DNA of 56,999 bases, the filler included, from Sphacelaria rigidula (lineage: Eukaryota): the NCBI GenBank assembly GCA_964200075.2. It is 8 parts of 8 records of this genome, joined end to end, with 100 filler letters (N's around TTAATTAATTAA, not from the genome) between each part and the next. Parts side by side here need not be neighbours in the genome. Positions count along the whole stretch, not along the records: positions 7,139 to 14,176 come from CAXNAA020016824.1; positions 14,277 to 21,314 come from CAXNAA020016825.1; positions 21,415 to 28,451 come from CAXNAA020016826.1; 5 more parts are not named here. One strand, 5' to 3'. Below the pieces are notes generated by a model. The model did no database searches. It had not been told where the DNA came from and was given only the letters and a program-made list of their open reading frames with translations. Position numbers and translations under genes: made by a program. Of the stretch, positions 13,247 through 27,000 are shown in pieces; the first letter of the stretch is position 1, and each line of letters begins with the position of its first letter.

Positions 13247-14080
13247 GTTGCCGCAAATCCCATCTGGGGATAACGGTGCCAGCGCTTTTCGTCGCTTTAT
13301 CATCGCCCGTTTGGGACCGTCGGAAGGGATATTCAAACTAGAGCTGCTGCGGCTTTTAAATTCAAAAGAAACGGCTAAAATGTTTGAAGCGCGTTGCACT
13401 ACAGCAGTAGTGTTGTTCAACAGCTCCACGGCGAAACCGGTTCTCAACACAGCCACGGCGGAGGTGACCATACAAGGCATGATAGCTGGTTCAGACTAGA
13501 TGAAGCGCCTCGCATGGGGACTACTGGCGAAATAACCCCAGGCGTCGGACTAACCCTTACCCCCGTTGTGTGTGTCTGCAGGTTCATCGTGGGGCACCCA
13601 TTTGCTCTAACTGACCACTGTGCTGTGGTGATGCTGTGCTGTGGTGATGGTATATCTCAGCAGACTGCTGAATGACGCTGCGTTTCGAAGATCGTTGGCA
13701 TCTGCCGCCGCATTGGATAGTTTCGCTGACGGCGGTCGTCGCCGGCGCAACAGTATGAAGTCTATCTCAAATACACAGCAATAGGCGCTGGAAAACTCGA
13801 TGGCTAGTCAAAAGAAGTATGTTTTCAGCAAGCTTTGTAACGTGTTCCAGAGCGCTTAGACGCAAGGGTGGCTCGATAGATGCGGCACGATGAATGAGGG
13901 CGGCTTTTCGGTTGGACTGCACACCATCATGCTTACGCTCCAGTTTAGAAACTTCTGAACTAGGGGCACATGGACGAAGCCGGTTGCGATCCCCGAGCCT
14001 TTTGAACAAAGTAAACGGAATTTCGATGGTCCGTTAAACGTCATAAACATGTTGAACCTCGAAAACGATCCCAGGCTGTT
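13247..14080 (+). mobile_element. About 1-kb interspersed element, copy 3 (5'-truncated)
   Basis: High identity to the reverse complement of 12210-13045. Confidence 0.88.
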
Positions 14081-14117
14081 TCTTCTTGCTTTCTTGATGC
14101 GAAGATCAATTAATTAA

Positions 14118-14176
14118 CAGCCGATTTTATATTTTGGGGTTCAAACAAAATATGGGGCTGAAGTGGCATATCTCTC
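14118..14176 (+). mobile_element. Terminus of the same element family as 7142-7200
   Basis: TTAA|CAGCCGATTTTATATTTTGGGGTTC... runs into the contig end. Confidence 0.75.
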
Positions 14177-14276
14177 NNNNNNNNNNNNNNNNNNNNNNNN
14201 NNNNNNNNNNNNNNNNNNNNTTAATTAATTAANNNNNNNNNNNNNNNNNNNNNNNNNNNNNNNNNNNNNNNNNNNN
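14177..14276. other. Artificial contig linker 2
   Basis: 44 N + TTAATTAATTAA + 44 N. Confidence 0.99.
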
Positions 14277-15051
14277 TGATTCACTTGAAGCGAATGATCA
14301 AAGCCACTCTCAATCGTATCATCTACTCTCAATCTCACGAAAACACTGTTTTACGCGATAGAGGGGCATTAGGCCGACAAAAAAGGTCATCAAGCACAAT
14401 CGCCGAAAGTGTGGGGAAAGCACGGTTTCGAGCTTGAACCCTATTTCATCATACGACCAGATTTTACAGAGTTGTCTGTTCAAAGATTACGAACCATATA
14501 GCAATATGATACTGTATGGTTTTATCCTTGTGCCTCCACTATGCCGGGGCGTAAAACCCGCCCGGGCTGTTGTACGCCGGCAATGGTTTTTTCCCACCCA
14601 TATCTACGCATGCCTGGGGGGTCTTCAAAACCAAAGTACATGCTTTAATTGTGTACTCGAGCCCGCCGTACGAAGACGTTTGAGGGACGGACATCCATGT
14701 GTCCGTGAATTCTAGACACAAGAGTAAGCGAAGCACGACACAGCAACACACCGCACCGGAGGAAGGGAACAATGACGCTATTTTTTTCACCCGATATTTA
14801 GTCATGGTACAGTAGTGATGAGGTGGTGATAGCTACACGGTAAAATGGTGGAGGCGTCTGTTATGAGTGAGTCATGTGTCTGTGTGGTCGACCAGAAGCC
14901 CTGAGATCTCACCCGGATGTGTCCCCCCATCACCTCACTTTTTTTCCAACCCACATCATGAACGATCGGGTGAGACTGTTCAATCAACTAGTGAAATTAT
15001 ACACTACTAGACGTTCTTTACAGGATGCAGTATTCGTCCATCCTACTGATA

Positions 15052-15130
15052 GCTGGCTGCCCCGGTGGCTCAGTTGGTAACCTCCGAACCTTCCGACAGT
15101 TGGGGCGTGGGTTCGAATCTCGGTGAAGTC
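15052..15130 (+). mobile_element. SINE tRNA-like head only
   Basis: TGGCTCAGTTGG A box and GGTTCGAATCT B box; no cloverleaf acceptor stem. Confidence 0.75.
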
Positions 15131-16645
15131 AGACGATCGGAGATTGATATCACACATCACGACCTACAGGGGATAGCGATTCCAAAAGGTCTTCTTGACA
15201 TTGAGAGTGAAGCTGACGATTGTGAGACAGATTTCAACCGGAAGACGGCTGTTTTGGTGCGTTCCATTGATGCACGAAACACTTATGAGTAACAACAAGA
15301 ACGACCCGTTAGTCGAACCATGAATAGAAGCAGGGACGAGCACATCAGTTATCGAAACTCTTTTCTCTGTCAATGCGCCATGCACGTTAAATAGGTTATG
15401 ATTACTCGTCGGACAGAATGCCATACATTCCAAAACGGTTTGTCCGATTAATACGTCGAACGTGAGTGTAGGGTATCGACCCGCCGCGTTTCCAAAGAAC
15501 CGTATGCCGGCGTTCATTTGCCATTTGTCCGACGACAACTTCGTCGGGACCTCAAACCTGTGGTTGAAAAGATTGCATATCAGGGTCACCCGGTAGCGTT
15601 TCATGTGAAAATAGTGCCGGTTCCATAAAGGATACAAGACATTTGACTCTCAATCGAATGCCATGCTCTCAATGACACGGAATCATCGTTTCATGTCATG
15701 AGTACGCAACGTTCGACTTCGCGGCTGACGATGGAAAGAAATCACCAGAGGCTTTTCGTGACAAAAAAGATGACAAAGCCAGCAGAATCAAGGTGGGGTA
15801 CTGAGAAGGAAAAATGACACATATCTATTGACCCTTCTCCTATGTAACCCCGGCCGATGTGTTTACGTACACTGAAAGGTGTTGATTGGCGTCCAGAAAA
15901 GATAGGGCGGCAATACATACAACTAAAGTACTACGGCGTCATAGTGCAGTTGCGGACAGCCTGTCGTATGCATGTGCTAGTGCGTGTCCTTCACCATGGT
16001 GACCGAGCTCTGAGCACTACCTCTGCGTAAGTCGGGTCGACTGCGTGGCGTGGGCTCAAGCTGAGGTCATGGTGTGCAACACCGACCACTCCCGACGCAA
16101 CGACAGGCAAGAGCACAACGGGAAACTGCTCTTATCTGCAGCCGTACCGTTGTATATTGACCGTATACGGGCAGTGGACATACTCCAAGAACATGATGCA
16201 ACTCACCGTTCAACGACCATCTTCATGCTTTGCCGATACGGGGCAAAGAAAAAAGAACCGTAGAATGCCAACACAGGCAAGCGCAGCTGAAAGATCCCAT
16301 CGCACCATCAAGCGTGGTGTCAGTTCGGGACAGCAGCGGCGGTGTATACACGAGCACACAGCGAAGCCGGAGGGCAAGAGGTGGCGCAGGGTGGTGTAAG
16401 TTAATATCAGTGCATGTGTACGAGGTCACGCCATGTGGAACATGGAGAATTGCTGGTAGATAGCAAAAGCGGCGTCGTGTGTTTCATCGAATACAGGTAC
16501 GAGTACGCGTACCTGACACCACAGCAAGAGACCTCGGACCGTAGGTGGAGGATGAATGCAAGCAATCGCACATCATAGTTTCCTCGATCTGGTCGACAAG
16601 TTCGACGGTTCAAAAACCCTTGGTGTACGTGTAGACGAGCACAAA

Positions 16646-17087
16646 ACAGTCGATCATCGAAATTGAAGGTGGCGCTTGACATCGAGGATGAGAACCCGTA
16701 TGATTCAAGTATTCGTATCCGCACCCAATCTTCGAAACATGGTCCCGTCCCTTCATCTACTAGTAGCTGTTTACAGGTACTACACGTCATATAAATTTGG
16801 ATTCCGATACCTGAAACGTTGGGGTCCTAGGTGAAAAACCAGTTCCGAGGAATTCCGGCAATTTGATTGGATCACGTAAATTCCCTAGAGTTGAGTTTTC
16901 GTCTAGAACGCCAACTTTTCGGTTATCGAAATCCGAATTTGTAGGACGTGTAGCAGTTGTCAATAGCTACCCGTCGGTGAAGGGATCGAACTATATTTCG
17001 ACGGTGTGGTGTGGATACGAAGATTTTAATCCTCCGGGTTCTCACCCTCAATGAAAAGTTTCATCCTCAATTTCGATGATCGGCTGT
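16646..17087. mobile_element. Foldback MITE, about 440 bp
   Basis: About 215-bp diverged inverted arms, ACAG(T/C)CGATCATCGAAATTGA...TCAATTTCGATGATCGGCTGT. Confidence 0.8.
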
Positions 17088-17216
17088 GATATTTGGATCT
17101 TCCAGCGGCCGAGAGTCCCGGACGCCCGCCAGAGTGCGCCCGCCTCGGGTTTGCTCAAGTCGGCGCCCTCGCGTTAACGTACCTTACTGTGGGTATCGCA
17201 TCTGCAGCGAACAAGC

Positions 17217-17803
17217 TGTTGGAAGTTTGAGAAATAATAGTTCCGAATATACATAGTCGGGATTAGCGGGAAAACCAGTAACGGTTCATCGTTAGAATAG
17301 AGATCGTCGGAATAACCGAAGTAGTGCAGTGTGTGAGATATTCGTCGTAGAATAATGAATAGCTCATGTACTGTATAGCTCGTATACAGAGAGTCAGCAT
17401 ATTGTCAGAATGTTGAAGGGTTGAGTACCAAGAGTCTAAGGTATGGACAGTTTGGATGGACAGTTTTATAGTGTCCAAGAGTTTTATTGATAGAGTGAAA
17501 TAGCCCCACACTATTTACTCTCCACAGCGACCCACCTCAAGCAAGCCTATCAGCTTGTTATTGGTTTCTGCGTTAATAAGGAACCAAGGGTTTTATGTGT
17601 TTGATTTACGTAACGCCCAGATGAAGCGGCAAGTTTAAGCATCCTCTCTCTTGCACAAACAAGTGTTTAACCAACACTGTGCAGCCTCTGCAAGCTCTCT
17701 TGTTAGAGCTGGGCTCACAAGTTAAACCGATTGTTCCTGTCTACTAACAGTTGAACACTGTGTATTTTATACACAAGCCACGATAGCCAATTATATTCCA
17801 ACA
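17217..17803 (+). mobile_element. Candidate LTR (copia-like)
   Basis: Bounded by the inverted termini TGTTGGAA...TTCCAACA; followed by GGTCATTCGCCTCG, weakly like a copia primer-binding site; no TSD seen. Confidence 0.5.
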
Positions 17804-18739
17804 GGTCATTCGCCTCGTTTACAGGTACTGTAACAGGTTGATCAGCCTCTCGTAACACAAGCTACTGGCTGACGAAAAATGATGGTGGGTACTAGGGGCC
17901 ATGTTGCATCGTAGAACTGATGGCTTCAGGTGTATGGTGACTACAATATTATGAGTTCAGGCCGGCGTGCAGCTAGCTGATGCTCTGCTTTGTATATATG
18001 TGAGAAAGTAGGATCCGGTCGTTGAAGAGCCAAAGGTAGACAATATGGGTGCCCCACCCCAGAGGTGTACGGCTCCTGGGCGTTACTTGCAGCTCCAAAT
18101 ACCTCAAGGCAGAAGCTAGATCATCGACTGAAACCAGAAGCTGCGTGTTATTCCTCAAAGCATCACAACGGCTGAGCCGACTTACCCATGCAGTACCCTA
18201 CCTGAATCACGTTCCTCCACTATGCTACTATCGCACACGACGGGAAGAAGGATTACGTGGAACATAAGCAGCAATCGTCCATAGCCCATATGACGGTATG
18301 GTGATCAGTATCGAGAGAAGCGAGCAATGTAAAGTATTCAAAGCATCCACCCCGATCTCATAGATCCTCATTCAGAACTTATTCGTTTGACGGAATATCA
18401 TTTTCTAGAACTTTCTGAGCGTAGCTCATCACCACGCACTTATCCTCGAAAACAACATAACAGGTGGATATTTTGCTCTCGCTGCAAGGCTGCACGTCGT
18501 AGGGTGTGTGTGGAGGGTCGCCACAGGGGGTTCTGGACCTTGTAGAGGGTCTGTAGAGGGTCGCCGCAGGGGGTTCTAGACCTTTAGAGGATCGACCTCA
18601 TTTCTTCACTGATTGTTACTGATCCCTCATGATCTATTTTATATCAGCTACTTCGTTTTTCTCACAATTTATTCTTCATCTTGTATTCCTCATTATCCAT
18701 TCACCGTTCTTCGTTTTTCATTCTCCAATGTTTCAACGT

Positions 18740-18992
18740 TCGGACGGATCATCTTCGATTCGAATCACCGTCGGTTCGAATCACCACACCCACCATTGGT
18801 CAGGCCTGATTGCTCGAATGAGAGAAAACGGTTGCTGGTTGTTCGAAAACGTTTCCTTGCAATGTTCGAGCCATTTCACGTACCTGGGTTCCAACGCTGA
18901 CAACAACGCCCAAGGATTGGTTCGAACGACGCGAATCAATTGCACTAAAATCAAGTAAACTTCAGACGCATCACTAACTTGTCCGACCCTTG
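18740..18992 (+). mobile_element. MITE family CAAGGGTCGGAC, partial copy
   Basis: Aligns to 38455-38710 and to the reverse complement of 41113-41490; ends TTGTCCGACCCTTG. Confidence 0.8.
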
Positions 18993-19524
18993 CGTTGCTT
19001 GTTGTTCACCGTTGACCTTTCTTTCATTCTTCGTGAATTTCGTTTCTACTCTATTCTTTGTTTTTCATTCCATATTGTTTGTGATCGTTCGATCATTCGT
19101 CCTTCAATATTCATAATACGTATGTTGTCGTACGTTCTTCATCATCTCCTTTTCATATTTAATCGTCGCCGGCATTTTTTACATGCTCTTCAGTTCCATT
19201 CTTTATTTCTTCTCCCATGTTGCTCATTTTTCACAACTTCATCATCGTTCTTCATCTTTCCTTTTCTGATTAAATACCATTCATTCTGCACTCAGCACTC
19301 AGCACTTTGCACTCTGCACTCTGCTCTCTGCATTCTGCATTCTGCATGCTTCGTCCTTTTTTCTCTCCTCGCTACTCTTGGCTGTTCATTCATTTCGTTT
19401 CTCTTTTTTTGTAGTCCTTCTCTCTTCTTTCTTCATTTTCAACTCTTCATTTTATATTTTCCGTTCTTCATTCTCTCTTCTTCATCTCTAGGCATTGTCT
19501 TTATATGGTCTCTTCTCCATTCAA

Positions 19525-19945
19525 CAACGGATTCTCAAACATGGGGTAGAGCGAAAAAATGAGGTTACACTCAAAAGCAGCGCTGTCCCTGAGCCCAAGC
19601 CATGATAAATGACTTTCATACGGACGACCCCATCCCTCCCGACGTCCCTGAAACTATTTTGGGGGGGTTCCAGCCTTTCGTTCCCCCGAAGGGTATGTGC
19701 GAAAGCACGATTTATGGGCCAAAAAGCGTTCTTATTTTTCACCCCGGAATCGAGGTGAAAATGTGCTTTCGCACGTATCCTTTTGGTCAACGGGAGACTA
19801 GAACTCCCCCGAAAGATGTTTCGGGAGGTCGGGAGGGGTGAGGTCGTCCATATAAAAGGCATTTACCATGCCTTTATGTCAGGGTAAGCACTGCTTTTGA
19901 GTTGAACCTACATTTTTGTTCAACCCCACTTTTGAAAATCCGTTG
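19525..19945. mobile_element. Foldback MITE, about 420 bp
   Basis: About 190-bp imperfect inverted arms, CAACGGATTCTCAAA...TTTGAAAATCCGTTG. Confidence 0.85.
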
Positions 19946-21314
19946 GTATCCTTCATCCTTAACCCTCGATTTATCATCCTTCATTGGATATACTTTTGTC
20001 TTTCATCTTCATTTGTTTTCCCCCTCAGTCTGCGCTCCCTCTGTACGCTGTATCTATGATTTTTCAGTCCTTTTTATTTTCTATTGTTTTCATCACTCGT
20101 CATCATTTATTCTTGATTGCCTGATCATTTCCCTCATTCTTTTTCATTGATGGATTCTTCAGGCCACATCTTATGTATCAAGAACGCTATGATCACGAAA
20201 ACCTTTTTTTCCCTCTCTTTTGCTTTATGCTGGACATTTCACTTTTCATCCTTAGTTCTCTACTTTTTCTTCAAGTTCCTCCAATTTCCACTCTTCACTC
20301 TATATCATCCATTGCTCATTGCTCATTGTTCATTCATCACTACTCATTCCCCGTTCTCTCTTCCTAATCCAGTATTCCGTGTTCATTCTGCACTCCCAAC
20401 TCATTTGTTCTCGTCCATTTTTCGTTCGTGTCCCTTCGTTGTTGATCGTGCATTCTTTATCCTCCACTCTCACTTTATTTGCTTCTTTTTTGTTTATCTT
20501 ATTCTCCACCCTCCACTCTTCACCCTTTACTCTCAATTTCTGATCCTTCGTAGGTTATTCCTCATTCCCGTCGCTTCATTCGTGGTCCCCCACTCCTCAT
20601 TCCTGCACCCTTGTTCTTCTCTACCATTCTTCAATATCCAATGTCCTTTTCTTTTTTCGAGCAATGCTGCTGTAGGAGTGCACATCGTGCGCAAAATGAT
20701 ATCTGGTTTAGGCGCTCCCAACGATTCTACATGCATAAGAATATGTTCGCAACCTCATTCGAAATATCCCTAGCACATTGGAAAGGTAATCCTGGTGTAC
20801 TCTTACATATTTCATGAGTCATGTTTCGGGTGAGATTGAAGGCTTCTAACCATTCTAACCTCAGAAACAATTGGTGTACCCCCTATCATACCATAAAATC
20901 GCTTTTTCTTCATTCTTTGGTCTCCTATCCGAATTCATTAGTTTATTCTTTCTCCGTTCTGTATTCTTCACGATCTAGTATGACACTCCATTCTCCATTC
21001 TCCATTCTCCAGTTTAACCCTTCATTCCTCATTGTTTGTTCTTCATTCATTTTTTGTGACAAAAACTATTCAGCGGGCCTGATCCTTGCGGGAATTCGAT
21101 AGTTCTGTTTTTTCTTCAACCCTCAAGTAACTTGGAGGAACACACTTTGCCCGAAGCTGTCCAGTTACTTAGATATTGATGCCAACATAGGTTGGTGTGA
21201 AGAAAAACATTGTGAATCATAGCCTAACACGCCCCGGGTACTGACCACTGTTCATGTGAACAGGTACACTGAGTGAACATGCACACGTACGGACATAATT
21301 ATGCGGATGTGCGG

Positions 21315-21414
21315 NNNNNNNNNNNNNNNNNNNNNNNNNNNNNNNNNNNNNNNNNNNNTTAATTAATTAANNNNNNNNNNNNNNNNNNNNNNNNNNNNNN
21401 NNNNNNNNNNNNNN
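21315..21414. other. Artificial contig linker 3
   Basis: 44 N + TTAATTAATTAA + 44 N. Confidence 0.99.
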
Positions 21415-24029
21415 CCATAAACCCCCCCCTCCCCCCCCCCCCAAAACCCTATCCCAATCCAACCCCATCAAAATAGACCGTCGTACTCAAAACCGAAGCC
21501 GCAAACATGATATCCGTCAATCTCCCGCGCCGTCATCGGCACTGTTTTCACCTTCATCTGCATCGTCTTCCTCATCATCGTCGCAGGGACTAGCGGCTGG
21601 GGTGAATCCAAGCCGCCTTTTCTTCAATCCAGGGCCTCTTACAATAAGATCCCCGGCACCAATGACTACAGGCTTCTTCGCCGCTAATCTACTGCTCCGC
21701 ACGCGAGGTATTGGCACACAAGCAATTAGAGCGTGCTTATCTCCGCCTTCGCTGCCTACAGCGGCGGCAAGTTGTACATGGGGAATCTGCGACAAATGTC
21801 CATGGCCTCACCATAGACCGTTGCTTCCCACGTGAGGTAGAAAAGTGAGTATGTCTCCGCCGCTTCTAGGTATAACGATGCCTTTGCTTTACACGTCTCC
21901 TTGCCAGGCTCCAACATTTTCCTCAGTTGTTTGTTGGTAGCTACGAAAATAAGGTGGATAGACTGCTCCTCTACCACATGGTCGATAGAATGAAGGGCGT
22001 CCTCCGGAGTGTCGTTTATTTTTTACTTCCCCCAGACGGAAATATCCGGATAGGCGACGTCTTGGTCTTGTTTCGCGATCACGTGCAGCCTGTTGACCTG
22101 AGCTAGACTCGGAAACTGTGACCAAATTGGATTGCACGTGCGGCGGGGGTAAATGCGCGAGACGCGGTTTCTACTCACGTCGCGAAGAGAGGAAGCAATA
22201 ATGTGTAATACACTTCAGGCATTCACTGTAGACGAGTGAAAACGATGGTACAAGATCCCGCGACAAACCCCACCCCTCAGATTCTCAGCGATACACACTC
22301 TGTATGATCCCAAACGAAGGATTCGAAGCGCGATACGCATTCTGTCTGGCATGCCGTGCCCGTTTCCTTCGAAATCTCCGCGTCGCGACTAGAAGGGTGG
22401 GAGGTGACAAGACGACCCCCGACTGATGGCCTTCTCACACGCCCGTCCCATAATTTAGGGCACTGAAGGGCAATAATACGTTGTCTGGGTATAATGGTCG
22501 TTGTGACGGCTTTGCAGATGGGTTCGTTACGAAGTTAGAGGGCGGACTCGGCCGACGTGAAGATTGAATGACAAGTTCCTTACTTGAGTTGGCCCGAAAT
22601 ATACCCAAGCATCGCACTCATTCTACTATTTCGAAGCACTCGTAAAAGGTTTTGGCCGTTGTCGAGCCGAAACAGCGCTGGTTTTACCAGCAAAGTTTGT
22701 CAGTGAAGAAGGCGGTGGGGACAGCACACGGTAATACGTAAAACTAGTGATTGATTCGCGATTGTGATTATCGTTCGTTGTTTTTTTAGAATGTTTTTCC
22801 CCTCTGGAGTTTAGAAAGGGGTGTGTGTGGTCATTTTCGAGCCTGGTTGTTTGTTTTCATTAGTACGAAGCAAGCACCGAATGTAGAGAAGATATACTTT
22901 TCACCGGAAATATAGTACAAAGATACAAAGCCATAATTCAGGCAAGGTGATGGGCCCGTACAGTTTAGGGTATCATTTTGTATGGTACAGGGAAACTATA
23001 TAAGACTCGAAAATGCGTCAAGAAATATGCAAACAGAACAAGACTGGTGCGCATGTGCCCATTAGCTTTCTCACCACCTTGTCCTCATTGTGCTACCCTC
23101 GGACGGCGAAGAAGCAGGTAAACAAGACTCGATATGAACACCGTTTGGGTCGCCCGAAGCAGTCCCACCTCCACTGTGTATCCGAACTGCTGCGGCGGTC
23201 TTCATGACCTCTTCAGCAGACGAACCGGCGGCAGGAGTCAGCAATGCCGGTGGGGTCGTGTCGGCCGGCAGCTTCGACCGGAGCAACCCTGGGCCCACAT
23301 ACACTGCGCCACCGACAGCGTGCTGTCAAGAAATAGAGGGTGAAAACGAGCCCACCGGCAGTTGCAAAGATTGGTGAGAGTTCATGACACCTCTCACAAA
23401 CGGAAACCCGTCACCCCTGCGTTTATCGCGTTCCATTGTTTCCTTCATGATTCGCTGAAAGCCTTGAGGGTCCCTTTTTGTGTCATCTGCGAACAGCGGT
23501 GAGGACAAGATCCTCCTGAACAATAGTCCGTCTTCAATTTTTGAAATCCTGTACTCACACGGAACAAGTTCACCCTCCGGTCCTTCCTGTCTCTTACACT
23601 GCTTCTGTATTCCAGACTCCCCTGAAAAAACACGGGATTTTACAAATGGCCGACGTTTTCTCTCATGATGAGTGACGCAACCCACTACAGCTGGAGAGTG
23701 CATTTGTAATTGTATTGCGAAAACATTTCGATGCTTGTGGCGGTTCCCAAGGTTATTCCTCCGTAAAAACCATGCTCAATTTCCGAAATCGCGTGCTAGA
23801 TGCGCCAAGGGGTAGTCGATGGTCCAGCATTTTGAATTGGAATCGTAGACTATGAACACCGTCGGGGACCGAAGTGTTCCGGGCTTGTACCTCTAGCCCG
23901 ACAAAAACACAAATTGAAACGATATTTACCTACTGCCTCCTCGAATGTTTTGGCAAAAAAAAAAAACGATACTAAAATAAGACGGGGTCGGGCTGGCGGT
24001 CAAGGAGCCGATCATCAATAAGGCGACGT

Positions 24030-27000
24030 GGACTCAGGCACTCATCAGCAAGCGCCTCATTTCGATGACTTTCAACCTCTCGGATAATCAAATGTTGCGA
24101 TGGTTGTAGTTGTCGGGATTCCCGATCCAATGACAGTAACGGTACACACGTCTCTAGGATGACACTAACGGCACCTCGCTACTGCAATTTATAGACAACA
24201 ACAGACTTGTCTTGATCAACACGTTTTTTTTCACCTCTGGAGGAAGCACATCGCGTACGTTCAACGGTATTCCGAATCGTCCCTCAGAAAAGTCATGCGT
24301 TGGCTACATCTTCACACGGTATCACCGCAGGCTTGTTCGAATGTCGCCGTCCACCTTCAACCTCCCAACTCGCCTGAATCTGAGCACAATATGGAATACA
24401 TTATGCGCGGCTCCCTGGTTGCTTCACACACAAGGAACCTATACGAATTCCGTTCGGGCGCACACCGATCGACAGGCGGGAAATAATATCTGATACCGAT
24501 AGATGTCAGCAACTCACCCAGCCCATCATCAGCAAGCTCAAACAAATTATGCCTGTCGATACAGTCAGTTCACTGGGTGCTAACTTTGTCGACGTACTCC
24601 TGAGTGCCCATGAAAAGGCAGTCCCCCGTCTGGCACGAAGGCCACATATTATACTGGGGTGGGTCGAGGATGTTGCCATCCCAGCGGAGTTGAAATAAGC
24701 CTGGGATGAGTGGGGAAGGGCGATCGATGGTACGACTGAGACCGTCGCGAGTTAAACCCTCATGGCGTACATTACGAGCAGCGTGAGAAACGTCAAAGAG
24801 GTGATCCAAGTTGGGGTGGACCGGTACCTGGATGTGTATGCTAGTGAGTTGGAGTATGTTCGAGCGGGAGGCATATAAGAGGATGGTTTATACATCTCGA
24901 AGGAGAGTGGACTGTCAAGACGACAATTCAACAGCGAGCAGTAATCCGAGACGAGGACGGGAATATACTGCGAGACAAAGACTTCGTTAGTGACAGATGG
25001 GAACAGTACTTCTTCACATCACTGACCACCATATCGGCAACTATCAACCGAGCCATCATCAAGAACATTACGCAGCGATCGATAGCGCTATCACAAGGAG
25101 ACCCGCCTGGCCGAAGTGAAGCTGACAAGGCTCTAAGAGCTACACCGAACGGCAAAGCGACAGGTATGGATAGCCTACCCGCTCAAATCCTCAAGTTTGT
25201 ACGCAACGGGGAGGCGTCGGAGGTTCTGTACCACTGCCACAGCATGGTCGCTGAAGTCTGGACGTCTGGCGAAGTGCCGCAGTAACGGAAATAAGCCAAT
25301 ACCAAAGTGCTGCACAAGAAAGGGCATTTCACTCATGGCACATGCTGCTAAACTTCTCCTAAACATCGTGGCCAACACGCTCGGTGATTTCTGCGAAGAA
25401 AGAGACATCCTCCCGAAAGAGCAGTGCGGATTTCGGCGTCAACGTTCGACTGCCGACATGATGCTCGTGCTACGCCGACTGCAGGAATTTAGACGGGCGA
25501 GCAATGTCCTACTAAATATGTGCTTTATCGATGTGCAGAAGCCTACGATTCGGTGCGCGGCACGCTCCTGTGGGAAGTGCTTGCCCGGTTCGGAGTCCCG
25601 TCGCAAACGATCACGATCCCGATCATTCGTATGTCGCACGACGGCATGCGAGCTCGGGTACAGCTGGATGGTGGCGAACTATCAGCGTGGTCCCGCGTGT
25701 TCCAGGGACCCAGGCAAGGTTGCGCTTCGTTCCCGCTGTTGTTCAGCATCTTCGGCGCAACTTTGGTCGACGTGAGTTTACAGCGGTTCGGCGCGAGCGC
25801 AGTCATCGTCTCAGACGTGGGTTTTATAGATGATGCACCAGACGGTGACGATGATGGACTCCTGGGAAATATCTTACTGGAAACGTACGGCGCGCGGTGT
25901 GGGCAATGGGTTTTGCGGATGACGCCGGCATAGTCTTGAGGACCCCAGACGGCCTTGCTAAAGTTATGACCATGGAAAAGGTGACCTGCCAGGAGCTTCG
26001 AATGGCGACATCGGAGAGTAGGACGGAGTCCATGCGCCTGTGGTCAGTACTCCCTTCAATAGAGATCGTCCTGTGCGTCAAGGCGGCCGGTCAACGGTAT
26101 AAGCAGACGGCCAACTTCTTCTACCCTGGTGGTGCTGTCAGTGCGGATGACACAGTGTCTCTCGGTATCAACCGCAATATCAGCGTAGCGTGCGTACGTC
26201 TCCGAAATATGGTTCCCAACTTCACGATCTACCCAACGCTCAGCTATCCTTGAAAGTCCGGCTGCGTAAGGCGGGGGTGGTGGAAGCTCTGTTTGATGGA
26301 TGTGCCACATAAACCTCACGTTTTGAGGGTTGCCCATCACAAGCTTTTGCTCAGCGTGACTGGATCCCGCAGGAAAGATCAAAAAGGCTATATATAAGAC
26401 TCTTCCATACAGGACTGTGCTCGAGATCACCAACTTCAAACGTGTAGAGGCGACCATCCGCCAGCGTCAACTCTAGTTCGCGGCAGCCCCTGTTCGGCAG
26501 GACGAAACACGCCTCCCCGAAACGCATCATGCACGGACGGTGAGCCACGACGGGGCCCATGGAGGGTGGCTTCCCCGCGAATCACTGGAGGAAAACCTCC
26601 CGGAGAACCTGCATGCACCAGGGGCTGGTCCACACGAAGAAGCGCGACGGAGATGGCTAGTCCACGGTGTAGAGGTTGATGACGCATAAGATTGGGTTAC
26701 TGCGGTGAAGAACATGGGGAAAAAGCATCTTTGAGTGGAGAAGGGGTCGAAGAGTTCAAGAGCACGTGGTGGCGCGAAGACAAATGAAAATCGGACCGCT
26801 GTCAACAATGAGAGGCTGCTACGTCGAGAGCGGGCAATGCGAGACCCCTGCCTGTTCATAACGGTTGTTGACTTTGTTCTTGGTCAACGGTTCTGCGGTG
26901 CCCCTTTGTGTGTGTTCGTACCTACTCTGCCGTTCTGAGTCTTTATCAGGTTTAACTACTGATTTAGTCTCCTTCTTCTCTGTTCTACCTTCATTTCGCC

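Larger units (their letters stand above)
18600..21060. repeat. Pyrimidine-rich degenerate satellite (CATTCTT/CACTCTG-like heptamers)
   Basis: Strong T/C strand bias; clear 7-mer tandem at 19281-19348; interrupted by MITEs. Confidence 0.75.

Noticed and set aside
15052..15130. tRNA gene
   Set aside because: Has A and B boxes but no pairing acceptor stem, and the head matches SINE copies.
18990..20773. 190- and 218-aa hydrophobic ORFs as membrane proteins
   Set aside because: Products of pyrimidine-rich low-complexity DNA that lacks stop codons.
21517..23703. Minus-strand coding-like fragments (acidic tract, 125-aa ORF)
   Set aside because: Frameshifted, with no identifiable domain or consistent splice structure.
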